This document shows positions 11,860 to 23,760 of a DNA stretch of 64,000 nucleotides, piece after piece. Position 1 is the stretch's first letter. Each line of letters starts with the position of its first letter. Source of the stretch: Spongospora subterranea f. sp. subterranea (taxonomy: Eukaryota); contig JAUGWO010000150.1 in assembly GCA_049724395.1 (NCBI GenBank), positions 1 through 64,000 on the forward strand, read 5' to 3'. Made by a program: the position numbers and the translations under genes. Below the pieces are notes generated by a model, which saw nothing but the letters and a program-made list of their open reading frames with translations, had not been told where the DNA came from and made no database searches.

Positions 11860-14186
11860 ATTTACTGTATGCCAACAGCCGGTTATCGGCCCAGATGTAA
11901 ATGTGCTGGATCTCGGATTCTTCCGAGCTATCAAGAGCTTACAGCATCAACTGCCTCACCGCAAAACAGATGACCTTATATTGGCAACAGAAAAAGCATT
12001 CATAAAAATTGAATTAACTGCATTGAATAATGTCTCCTTAACCCCCTGCAAGGTTGCATGGTTGAAGGCAAATAACTGTACTGTAGTGAAATTTAGGACG
12101 GCAGGTCCTCCACCAATCGCCACTGTGCCGTCTTCATACAGTTTCTCTGTTCATTGAGAGTTGGATCTTAGCATGGCGATACCATCCGATACCATCATTG
12201 CACGACCCGCATCGTCGTCATCTACTTCAGTACTTAATATAGAGATGCACGAATCGATCTTTTCAGACGCATCAACGTACAGTAGTCTGGAGATTCGCCC
12301 AAATACAACCAAGGCTTATGCAAGAATTTGAACAATGGTGCACCGACAAAGGTTTTTCCGATGGCAGCACGGTGACCGGAGACAAATTGCATTGTTTTCT
12401 CGATGAGCAGGTCATTGACCGACATTCTAGGAAGAGAAAAGCAACATTGAACGAAAAGTCGGGAAGTCCACCGTGTGCGGATACGCGGCTGCACTAGTTG
12501 ATCTCTGGCGTCAACAAACATCTATGAAGATGAATTCGCATCCAAATCCCCGTTATTCGAAGGTTAAACGATTGCTAAAGAATGCAGATTACGGGACGCA
12601 GTGCCGATTTTCCGCCGGGTCACAAGCTTGGCTGACTGTTGTGAGTAAATCGCGGGCGAAATTACGATAGAGATCAAAAGAGAACATATGAGCACTCCAT
12701 AAAGGATGCTCAGGACACTTCGATCTCAAAAATACCGAATCCCGCAAACTCGCGGTTCTGAGTCTTTGAAGAAATCCCTTTCCGCAATAGTCTGACAATA
12801 TTCCTTGGTAGCAATGCGGTTCAGATGCGTCGCAACCATAGAAAAGAGCATCATTTTCAGCGCTTCAGGAGTTCACCTGCGACACGCTGGAGATAAAAGT
12901 TTCCTTGCGGCAGAAAAATCCGGCTAGAGTTCTGATGGCTTCTCGAGGCAGAGAAATCAGGTAACAGTCTTCCATCGCCTGATTGTTCCACTTTCCGAGA
13001 CAACGAATCTAATCTTCGAATGCGCCACCTAATTCAGCCATCCTTGCTCCGGAACCTCGGGCAGAGTGAGTCTTGGCTTTGGCATTCAATCCAACAGACC
13101 GGAACGCAGAATCAATTGATTCCTTATGAATCTTGTAGTCGAGAAGAGTTCTGGGATTTGGCCACTTTCAGTCTTCGCTCGTAGTGAAAACGGAAAATGG
13201 CTTATTTGACGTGAAACCGCCAAAACAAATAAAAACCGAGAGCACCCCAAGGACAGATCCGAACGTCTTTGTTGCGAACGACAGCCCCGAAATCGTTTCG
13301 TCCAAATTGGTTTGTTTTGCACTGACGGAGAACTGAAACCAATGCATAGCACATAGAGAACCCTTCCTTCTCTAACTGTACTGAGTGCATATCCGCAAAT
13401 TCCAGACTTCGAACAGTTTCCGTCGGAAAAGTGCATAATGAGACATAAAAAGGCAATTAGGTTTCGTAGATGTTGCCCGTGGTCTCTGATTTTAAACCAA
13501 AAATGTGTTGCGATGTTGACAATCTGGTCCATGGTCGTGTATCCATCAATAAGGGTTCCTATACCGCGATCGATAAAGTTATTGCGGCGATGCTGCAGTG
13601 TCCCGTAATCTGCATTCTTCAGCAATCGTTTAACATTCGAATCAAGGGGAGGGGATTTAAATGCGAATTCATCTTCACAGATGCTTGTTGACGCCAGAGA
13701 TCAATTATTGCAGCCGCGTATCCGCACACGGTGGACTTCCCGACTTCGACAATCGATTCGTTCAATGTTGTTTTTCTGTTCCTAGAATGTCGGTCAATGA
13801 CCTACCTCCTCATCGAGAATAAATGCAATGTGTCTCCGGTCACCGTGCTGCTATCGGAAAAACTGCACCATCGTTGAAGTTCGTCATGCCGAATTGCATA
13901 AGCCTTGGTTGTATTTGGGCGAATCTACAGACTACTGTTGCTGAGGGATCTATTCGTGCATCTCTATATTGAGTACTGAGGTAGATGACGACGATGCGGG
14001 TCGTGCAATGATGGTATCGGATGGTATCGCCATGCTAAGATCCAACTCTCAATGAACAGAGAAACTGTATGAAGACGGCACAGTGTAACGATGGGCGGAC
14101 AGACTCACTGAGGACCTGCCGTCTTAAAGTCCGTTTCGTCCGTATCTACAGTAATTCGATACAGGGTGTTTGCCGGACAGAGGGAG
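11860..14186 (+). mobile_element. DD39D mariner relic interrupted by the 12081-14151 insertion
   Basis: 11860-12070 translates to QQPVIGPDVNVLDLGFFRAIKSLQ...LNNVSLT. A TIR ccggacagagggag followed by TA lies at about 14173-14188. Confidence 0.75.
12081..14151 (-). mobile_element. Crypton-type (tyrosine recombinase / NDC10-domain-II-like) relic with ~520-bp inverted terminal arms
   Basis: Minus-strand fragments read KTNQFGR..RNKDVRICPWGALGFYLFWRFH and KTHSARGSGARMAELGG..GKWN..MEDCY..LPREAIRTLAGF. Arms 12081-12597 and 13600-14151 are inverted copies. Ends read TA|CTGTAG...CTACAG|TA. Confidence 0.8.
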
Positions 14187-14404
14187 TAAATATTACATTC
14201 AAATCACGATTATAGATGATTATACTTCTAAATTGACCCTTTATCCAAACCCGTCATGATCTGATATACTTTTATAACCAACGCCCTGTCAAGGGCCGGG
14301 GCCATTCGCCGCCGGCCATTGGTCCGATCTCGGCGACTTGGAACTCCGATATTTGATCGCCTTCTTGGACTATTATACCAGACTTGTACTCATTGAATCC
14401 CTGA

Positions 14405-15877
14405 ATGACGCAAGTGTCGATGTCATTGCTGACTTTTATCGCGACTGCCGTCGCCGTCCTGCTAGGCACGTCTCAATCCGTAGGACTCACCAACCCGGTT
14501 CTCGTGTTCAGCGATGAATTTGACGAGCTGGACACGTTCAAGTGGCAGCACGAGGTGACGTTAGGTGGTGGTGGAAAGTGAGTGATCCCGAATTGTGCCA
14601 ATGTGGTTCACCATCGCTGATTATTTTCCTGACAGCTGGGAATTTCAGGTGTACTCTAATAACCGGTCTAACAGCTACACCAAAAATGGGTAAGCGAGTT
14701 CTATGAGAAGATTGTATGAAAGAGAATAGTTTTTGCAGGAACATGAGATTTAGCGAAACTATTTCAACGTGTTGTTCGAAGAAAATCGAGGGTACTGAGG
14801 GTTGAACTTGATAGGGTGTTGTATATAATGCCAACCATGACGGCTGATATGATTGGTGAAGCTAATGTAATGAGTGGATATACAATGGACCTATGGGGGA
14901 ACGAGCCCGGCAATCTCTGCACAGGGAACGCCTTCTACGGCTGTCAGCGAACATCGGGCGCCGGTGGCAATATCCTCAACCCAATCATGTCGGCCCGTCT
15001 GCGATCATCTCGTAGCTTCTCCTTCAAATACGGTCGTGTTGAAGTTCGTGCCAAAATGCCACGAGGCGATTGGATTTGGCCAGCAATCTGGTTCTTGCCA
15101 CAGTGTAAGTTATCTGAATGTCTTCAGTTCCTTAATGGACAAGTGAGTATTGCCATCAGGGTCGGCATATGGCCAATGGCCAGCGAGTGGAGAGATTGAC
15201 ATGGTGGAATCGCGGGGGAATAAGAAACCCTATGAGGGTGGTGTTGATACAGCCACGTCGACTCTGCATTGGGGCCCATGGGCTGCTGAGGATCAATGGC
15301 CAAAAACGCATGGATCCTATTCCCTTCCAGATGGCGATTTCGGCGACGATTTCCATACGTTCGTTATGGAATGGAGCAAAGATGAGCTGATAACCTATGT
15401 CGACAAACCCGAGAATGTCATGCTCAATGTCAAGTGGAATGGTATTTCCTGATTGGTCTCAGTCGCAAACTGGTTTACGAATTCCGGGACAGGAACAGGA
15501 AACTGGCAGAATGGAGGATGGGATAACAACTCTCGTTTGAAGAATCCATGGGAGGGTCGTGGCTCTAATGCGCCATTTGATCAGAAGGTTGGTACTGGCC
15601 CAACGGTTGTTCATCGGAAACTTGTAGCTCACAAGGTTTGTAGTTCTTCATGATTATGAACTTGGCTGTTGGTGGCACAAATACGTATTTCCCCGACGGC
15701 AAAGGTGGCAAACCCTGGACAAACGCCAACCAGCACGCAATCAACGCATTCTGGCAGGCCAAAGACCAATGGTTCCCGACCTGGAAAGGTGAAGACGCCG
15801 CCATGAAAATTGATTATGTACGTATATATCAAGACGCCACTATGATTAACTTCGATTCAAAATCCGAGACGCAATGA
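14405..15877 (+). CDS. Secreted GH16 beta-1,3-glucanase / beta-glucan-binding protein (multi-exon)
   Basis: Hydrophobic N-terminus MTQVSMSLLTFIATAVAVLLG, then LVFSDEFD, FKYGRVEVRAKMPRGDWIWPAIW, catalytic WPASGEIDMVE, APFDQ and MNLAVGGT; GT-AG introns. Confidence 0.93.
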
Positions 15878-16832
15878 GCAAATCTCTGTCATCATCCTCT
15901 ATACATATTCATAAGTTTCTGTCTTGGCACAATTGTCTATTGTCCGAATAATGGCCATTGCTCGAATACAGCATTTGAAAAGCAATCGTAGCTGTTCGTT
16001 ATTACCTGAATGTTTCAAAAACTTCGTTTGTTGAACCAGTTTCGGGCTGGGACAACGACTTTCCATCAGGATCTATCTGTCAGCACCATTGTGCTTTCTT
16101 TATAGCGTCCAATTGCTGGTCTTTAGTTTAGATGAACGCAACAAACAAATGAGTTTCCTGATGTTTTATATAAATATATCACGACCGGTGAGGGGAATAT
16201 TACAGTTATTGCAGAGCGGTATTTGCTGTCCCATCTTGGCGGAGTTCATCATCTTGTTAATTCCACAGCCCACCACGATCACATCAGATCTCTCTGCGTG
16301 TATCATTGCCATTGGCTACCTCTATACCATTTAGATCAACTTTGCTATACCACAGTCACGATGGCTCCCAATCTTAGACGACTGTTTTCATTATTGGACA
16401 AGTAGTCAACGAATGTACTGATTGTCGTGATTGCCTCAATGTCATTGAACCGTATCTTTTCATTTGCTGAATAATCGCAGTTTGATCATCTTATCTCTCC
16501 CCTAACGATAACATACTGGATAGCATTTGCTACGGTTTTAAAACCAATCGAACGGCACAAACCAACCTGCTACTCTTTCACAATCAAATAAATATAAACA
16601 AAACAGTTCTGAACCAAGTTAGTTTAGAAACAAGGACGGAGGACGGAAACTGGAGCGAGGGCAGAACCTACGGAAACTACCAGGGGCGAGGATCAACGAC
16701 ACTGAATTTGATTAGAAAAAAATACTGTCAGACCTGGACTTGAGACATTGACAAGATGATAAATATATTTATTCAAGTAGGGAGATAATAATTACAAAAA
16801 AAAACATGGAAAGATAAGACAATGATAACGAG

Positions 16833-18662
16833 TTAATTATGGCCACGACTTCCGGCGTTAGAGAAAAGGGTCTGTTTAGACTTGGACGAGGATGTCCTAG
16901 TCGGCTGTGGTAACGCAGCAGCAGCCGACACGATACGCGCTACTGTTGGTCCAGTTGTTAAAGATGCGGGTGGAGGTGTCCTGGGTCGTGACGGTAAGGG
17001 CTCCCACGTTTCCGTGGCGGTCAATCCGCGATTGGCGACTGCCGACCAGTTCCCAGACTGGACTGGCGCCGCCTGAACTCGACTACTACCAATAGCCGGT
17101 CCGAAATCCGCTTCGTCATAGCGCAAAAACGTCGTGGGAAATTTCGAAGATGACGCTCTCTGCCTTAACGACATTTCACGTTCGTTGTGATCCGTCGCCA
17201 TCCTTTCATGCTCTTTTATTTCAGCCTCTTTTCGACGTTCTCGCATATCCCATTGATGTTGGATTTCGTCGGAAAAATGCGCTAGAGTTTCTGGGCCGAC
17301 AACGGTTGTCAGGTCGACATCGCAGAAAGCGAAATTGGCAGTTAATGGGAGATGGCGGATGAAACGGTGACGGGACCGAGAAGAATCCGTTTGGCGTAGA
17401 TGGACTATGTCGTGGATCGTGGATGCGATTGAGGTAGGGAGATTGGCAATGTGGCCACGATCGTGGAGCAGAGCACGATATGTGAAGGAGTTCAAAAACA
17501 GTGGTTGTCCATCCTCCGATTGATAGAATACGTACTCGACCGATGGGTCGATCGGCCCAGAAAACTTCCTGAAAGGAGAACGACCAGTGGAAGGTGACGA
17601 CGATTCAAGCAGTAGATCTACGCAATTCAAGGCCTATCACAAAAACAGGTTGTTCAGTAATTACTTAACAACCGACAATTGCGACTGCAATAAATTTGAT
17701 AAACAGCACGAACCGAACCAAGCAATGACGAAAAGTTAGAGCAACCACAAATTACGCGAGTCAAACATACAATGACCCAAAGAGAACCAATGCGGAGAAA
17801 CGCTAAAATCTCACAATCGTTTTTGGTAAATGGAAATAAACCCATTGATACAAGTGATATTCGATACCATTTCGATATATGGTAATTCTAGTGGATCTGC
17901 CACTTCTAAACACTGAGCAAGCAGACTTCGTTCGGCGGAAAACACGTTTGTGATATCAAGGCCGACGCGGACCGAGGAGAACTGGAATGGAGAGTTAATA
18001 GTGACCGGAGAAACCGGTTCGATGATCGACGACGTCTTTAAGCGTCGGCAAAGGATGAATGTGGCCTTGTCTCCGGGAACGTACGCTGGACGGATGTCGA
18101 ACGTGAGACAGCGCAGGTCGGCGGCGTATACAGACTCGGAGCAAAGCACGCAACGAGCGTAGGCATTGTCGGATAATGTGAAATAGTGCAATATACAGGA
18201 TAGACAGGTTGTATGTCCACCTAAGCAATTACGCCATTCAACAACACAGTACCAAATTGTAACCAGAAACATGAATGAGATGGTTTTTTGGGGAAACTTT
18301 CAAAAACAAAACATGAATGAAGAAGTACATTTGGTGATCCTGGGTGCGATGAGGGTGCTGAGACAGATTGGACACAAAGGTGGACGCTCAACGAGCTGGT
18401 TCACAAGGATGACGCGATCCCAAGGGATTAGATCATCCCCGCCGATTTCCTCGTCATCGCAATCTGCTGGGGCCAACGCGAATCGGAAATGCGCCCGAAC
18501 ATGCCGCTTTTTATTAAAGGGAAGCGCATCCCGAGGAAACGGCCGACGCTGTTCCGGTTGGTGAACGGGCAATGGGTACGAGAAGTTCAGCAGTCTAGTC
18601 AATGTCTGATCAGGTGATAATGCCCTGGAAGTGCGGCGGCCACGACGCCGCCCGCCGCTCAT
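16833..18662 (-). CDS. RNF10: RING finger protein of the RNF10/MAG2 family (multi-exon)
   Basis: LLNFSY, HVRAHFRF, C3HC4 RING CPICL..PRITKC/GHTTCLSCILHY..CVLC, FYQSEDGQPLFL, RHRFIRHLPL. Confidence 0.85.
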
Positions 18663-18823
18663 TCTCGCTCGGGGACGTTGATGGTTACAGCTGTAGAACG
18701 ACTGACGCAGTTGCCAAAACCCCTGGCAAATCTGATTCTGGGATTTGCGTCGAGTGAGAATCTTCCGGACGCGCGAGTCGAAGTCACTGTTCGAACCCTG
18801 GCAAGTGGTCGCAACCCCACCAG

Positions 18824-19375
18824 TCAGAGTCTAGATATCTGGGACAGTATGTCAGAGGCCGCGTGGTCTCGTCTGTATTCTGGAACAATTATTTTGGGAT
18901 CTTTTGTTTTTTGAATCCCATCACTCCCATATCTAGCGACCTTGCGGGGCTCTTGACGAAACGGTCCATTGGACAACGTCATACTTCGCCAGCATTGCAA
19001 CGGAGAACAAAATGTTGTTGCAGCATTGGAAGCAAAACTGATTCATTGGATTTTCAAAGGCAACATCAATTTCTGCTGGGGCGACAACCACTGCAAGCAC
19101 GAATCGTGCACGTGGTATGAATTGGATTGATAGAATCCAAGTGTCACATCGATCATCAGTCGATGTACAATCCGATTGGTTTCGGTAATGCGCCTCTCTT
19201 GCCGACGGCGCAGGTTGGAAGACGCTGGTCATTAGTTCCTGCACCCACTCAGAGCTGATGAGCTGGTCCGTTTTCGTAGGTGCCTTCCTAGGAGCATTTT
19301 CGTCAGATTGACGATCGATAGGTGAGGTTTTTATCTTGAGATGAGGGGATGGCAATCTTAGGAAGACTTGATTTC
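18824..19375 (-). CDS. Hypothetical protein or degenerate gene whose 5' region lies in the 19326-19649 hairpin
   Basis: 140-aa ORF preceded by a plausible intron acceptor; no recognisable domain. Confidence 0.25.
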
Positions 19376-19649
19376 CTATATAAAGGTTATTTATATGGAA
19401 AAGGCTAATGAAATGATGTCGTAAAAGGTGCTTTCTTCCCTGGTCTAGGGTTCGTCAGTAGTTGCTAATCGAAATGGTCAGGCCTACTCCTCCTGGTAAC
19501 GTTTTGACCATTTCGATTAGCAACTACTGACGAACCCTGGACCAGGGAAGAAAGCACCTTTTACGACATCATTTCATCAGCCTTTTCCATATAAATAATC
19601 TTTTCAAGTCTTCCTAAGATTGCCATTCCCTCATTTCAAGATAAAAACC
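19326..19649. repeat. Near-perfect inverted repeat (~150-bp arms, 24-nt loop)
   Basis: 19326-19480 is the reverse complement of 19505-19649, with five substitutions and one 10-bp indel. Confidence 0.95.
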
Positions 19650-19949
19650 CACACTTGTTTCAATTTGGTTTACTAGAAATTGCGCGCAAATTAAGTTTGC
19701 GCAACTGCGAAAAATTTTGATCATTGCCGAGAGACGAGAGTCCGAGACACAAGGGTCCTCGAACAGGGCGCACGCATTTATAACCTGCGTAACAATATCA
19801 TCAAAATATCCGCACGCATTAAAATCATGCGTTCACGCACATTTTGTGAAGTTTGATATTTGACCATACTGTACATGTTTCAAATTTTTCATCTTCCATA
19901 CAACTTTGATGGCTCACTAGGTAGTCAATCAATATTTGGAACTACAGTA

Positions 19950-20749
19950 CTCCCTCCGTTCGGAAATAAGAGTCCCACGCACATTTATTTTTTGTTCGGA
20001 AATAAGAGTCCCATTTTATGATTCTTCCAGGTCAAGCTTCTATTTGCTTGATTTAGTATGGCAACATCGCACAATAACGAGTCCGGAAGTATTCCTTTTC
20101 TCAAAAGAGTTGCCTTTCCCATATGTGGGAGCTTGTAGTGGTTTCCTCCATTGATTTTCAAAATTTCTACCATGCATCGGTGAAGTGTCAAATCACGATC
20201 AATTTCGTCATATGAATCCGCTACTGCCTTGATTCCAGATTCGACTGACAATTTTTCTGGCAACAGAAAATTGGCGACTTGCCAACAAGATTGAACCGCG
20301 AGCAAGTTTTCCTGCGACACTCATTTTCAAAAGATATTCATAAAATGACACGTCTTTGACTATCTGTAACGTTTGTTTTCCCTTTTCTGAGTGCGAAATC
20401 TGCATCAACGATAATTTTTTCGACAACTTGTTGCTCTCCATCTATGGTACTTCTCAGCGACTTGATGTTTTCACAGGGCAAATTCGGACCTACTCCTGGT
20501 GCAGACATGTTTTTACAAGAAAACTCGGCTATGTGAAAGCAGCGGTGCCGTTGGAAGTTTTGGACGAATACCCAACTTTTACCTCGGCGGTTTTAAGACA
20601 AGTATTTATTGCTGGCGCTTCAAGATTGGACAAAGACTGCACCTATGCTTAATATTCCAATGCATGCTGAAATCAACTGGATGGCGCTAAAAATGGCCTT
20701 AATCCACGCAGTTGTTTGAAATGGGACTCTTATTTCCGAACAGAGGGAG
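19950..20749 (-). mobile_element. Internally deleted DD39D mariner element (800 bp) with intact TIRs and TA target duplication
   Basis: TA|CTCCCTCCGTTCGGAAATAAGAGTCCCA ... TGGGACTCTTATTTCCGAACAGAGGGAG|TA. The transposase N-terminus (GKLARGSI..VSRIW) is joined to the C-terminus (GGNHYKLPHMGK). Confidence 0.93.
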
Positions 20750-20779
20750 TAACTTATACGTTTTTTTGAAAAATAGGTT

Positions 20780-22285
20780 ATAAGAGAGCATACAAACATC
20801 AAGTAACTCCGTTCTCTATTGTACAAATTCTGCAGAGAGCAACGCGAGCAATTCTTGCGAGCTTGAAACAACAAGATATCAGATCGTATCTTTTATAAAC
20901 GAGAAATGACTTTTTTATATGCTGTCTGCACGCGAAAGCTATCGCGCCCAAGTTTCTGACGACCAAATGTACCCGGAACTCATTCAGCGTTTCATCAAGG
21001 TGCTCGCCATGAGAGCATACAAAAAAAATTTCTCTTTTATGAAAGATACGATCTGATATCTTGTTGTTTCAAGCTCGCAAGTAATTGCTCGCGTTGCTCT
21101 CTACAGAATTTGTACAAAAGAGAACGTAGTTGCTTGATTATTTCACAGTTTTCCAGTGATTTCCCACAGAGTATTTCGATGGACATCTGCAAAGCACTGA
21201 TCTTTTGCCCCAATGTGATTTCGCTACAGCTCTCAGGCGCTTCAAGTTCAACATCAGGCTCCGAATCTTCACGATATGTTCCCAATATATCGTCTTCAGT
21301 AAATTCTTGGTGAACTTCAAAATCATCGTCCTGAACGATATATTCCTGAAAACCCACTGGTTTTGCTGACAGCTCACCGATTTGATCAGCGACTATAGCA
21401 TCAAATTCGTCAAAGATATCGCTTGTCGAAGAAATCGTCGTTTTGAGGGTCAACAGCATCCAAAAGGCCAGTGTGAGACCAGCAATTTGTTATGGAAATC
21501 GATGTTATCATTTCCCACGCATCTCTACACCAGGACATGGCTTGCAGGATGTCAACCTTATAGATATCCTTAGCTTGGATTTTGTCGCGATCTAGAGCCA
21601 ATCCCAGTTGAAACGACCGAGTCGCCGGCATCCATCGGCTGGATAAGCGATGTCGTATTTGGAGGGAGAAACATAACCGAAACGTTGGTCAAATCCAGTG
21701 AGCGAACAGCATGAGTTGGCGCATTGTCCAGTAGTAGCAGGACTTGGCGCTGGTGTTTGCGCATATCCAAATCGAACTTTTCAAGCCATTGTTGGAATAG
21801 CAGGCTGTTCATCCAAGCCTTTTTGTTCCATGCGTAGTAGAACCCAAGCTCCTCTGCTCGCTTTTTCTTGAAACAGCGAGGCTTTCCAGAATGGCCGATG
21901 AAACTCGCTGACTATACCCCTCTTCGTCCTTCCCATAGGGAGCCCCGCAGAATCGATGGACGGCGCGATTACATTCTGGACAACTAAACTCAAAAGCTTC
22001 AGTGGATGAAAAAGCAATCGAACGAAAACTGTTAATACCGATGAGAACCGGATCCGGTTATCGGCTCGCTGCAGACAGGGCAGGATGACATTTTTTGTAA
22101 AAAAATCGACGCGGCCAACGACAACTTAAATGCGTGATCGACACGAGCTTCCACCACTGCGCTATTACGGTATTTGCGTGACATCGCATTATTGTTTTGC
22201 GTACGCAATAATAAAATCTCCCTTATAACTTATGCGACCCTCGTCCACGGACCGTATAAGTAATAAGAGAGTCATTTCATTGTAC
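20780..22285 (-). mobile_element. pogo/Tigger (CENP-B-like DDE_1) transposase relic with inverted duplication of its 3' end
   Basis: AWMNSLLFQQWL..VLLLLDNAPTH..FLPPNTTSLIQPMDAG and ITNCWSHTGL, followed by an acidic tail ending LKQQDIRSY. About 20796-20896 is an inverted copy of about 21037-21138. Confidence 0.88.
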
Positions 22286-22455
22286 ACTTGCGGACAGAAT
22301 CCAGTCCGACCGCCGGTGGACAGAAAAATTTCCAATGCGGAAACTGCTCATATATAACCCCGTCTGTCACGCATTAACACTCCTTCGGGGTCAAACATTA
22401 CAGGTGCCATTACAGATCTCTCACGGGCGCGGGCGGTGTTCGTGGTGTTTTATCG

Positions 22456-23190
22456 ATGAACATCTTCTATGTTTTCAACATTCTGCTGGTGTCGTTGTTT
22501 TCCTTGATTGTCTTGAGCCACCCTCACCCTTCAGAAGATTCCAAATTGGAACAAGCTAATACCTCGCATCAAAGCAATGCCCAACATTCATTCGATGGCC
22601 TCCGCCGCCGTCCAGGGTTTTATGTTCGCGATTTGGAAACTGGTGACCCGCCTCAAAACAATGCCGAAAGTTCTTCCGGTGTCGTCTTCAACCCCACAAG
22701 TTTAGAAGATGAGGAATTCCAATTGAAAGCATTTTTGGATGATCGCATTCAACGAGCAGTCGCTTCTGATCCCTCGTTTCCCACCATGACCCCATCTGAC
22801 CGTCTCCATCTCTATCTCTTAAAGATGTGGAAAATGTTAGCCGCCAACCCGACAATGACGATCCTCTTTTTTTCTATCTGTCTCGTTATCCGTAAATGTC
22901 TCCAACAGCACCCCATTGGTTGCAAGTTGATACCCGGTACTGTTCACAACTTATTCAAAATGTCTGGTTTTTTATATGATTATATCTTCATGTCCTAGGT
23001 GCCTGTTTTATCATTCAGATACGACACCTCATGCATGTACTAATCATCAACTTTTTGCGGCCAATTCCAAGTAATGTCCCAAAACTCCTCACATCTGAAT
23101 ATTTAGGATTGCAGATGATGGCGTCGTTAGTCACATTCGTGACGTTCTTTCTCTCTTATCTTGAATATCTTTTTTCAAGTAATAAATAGA
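22456..23190 (+). CDS. Hypothetical protein with signal peptide and C-terminal hydrophobic segment(s)
   Basis: The 180-aa ORF begins MNIFYVFNILLVSLFSLIVLS-HP. Plausible further small exons run to about 23190. Confidence 0.55.
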
Positions 23191-23199
23191 GGAATGGAT

Positions 23200-23760
23200 T
23201 CGTTTCGACTTGTGCCCTGAACTGGATCCGCAAGAGTGTACCTAATTTCATTCAACTTCAAACATCTTCAGAACTACTCTTGACGCCAACACGCGAACCG
23301 TACAAAGTTGTAAGAAGACAGCGTTTCGACGAATTCGATTATGTAGATATCGGATGGAATTCATCACACGAAGAATCTTTGGAATAGATAAGGGAATGTA
23401 TTGCTGACTTTACGCGTCTTGCTCATTAAAAAAACGATTGGTTAGCATGGTTATTTCCCAATGCTCCTCAAGATTTCTGGTCTGTTGTCCTGACACAGAT
23501 CCCACCTGAGGACCTTAGTCGACTGTTCACCGAACAAAGTCACGAATTGTTAAAATGCGTTCCTGGCACTTTTCGCGATGATAGTTCAGGTGGGCTATCA
23601 TTGAAAAGGAAGCTTATCCCATTATTGAAGGTGTATTCCGCCTTCGTCATCGGATCAAACCCAGTCCGTATTCACACTTATTTTCGAAATTTACTGTATA
23701 TTTCAACCCGATTAATCGCAGCAACAACGTCGCGCGACCTACCGAACTCGTAAAATTTTT
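23200..23760 (+). mobile_element. Degenerate Gypsy RT/RNase H fragment related to the 4.1-8.9 kb element
   Basis: CALNWIRKSVPNF and LFPNAPQDFWSVVLTQIPPEDL..WAIIEKEAYPIIEG parallel CALNWMRNSIPKF and LFPDASDYFWSVVLTQVAPEDL..WPIVEKEAFPIIEG. Confidence 0.85.
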
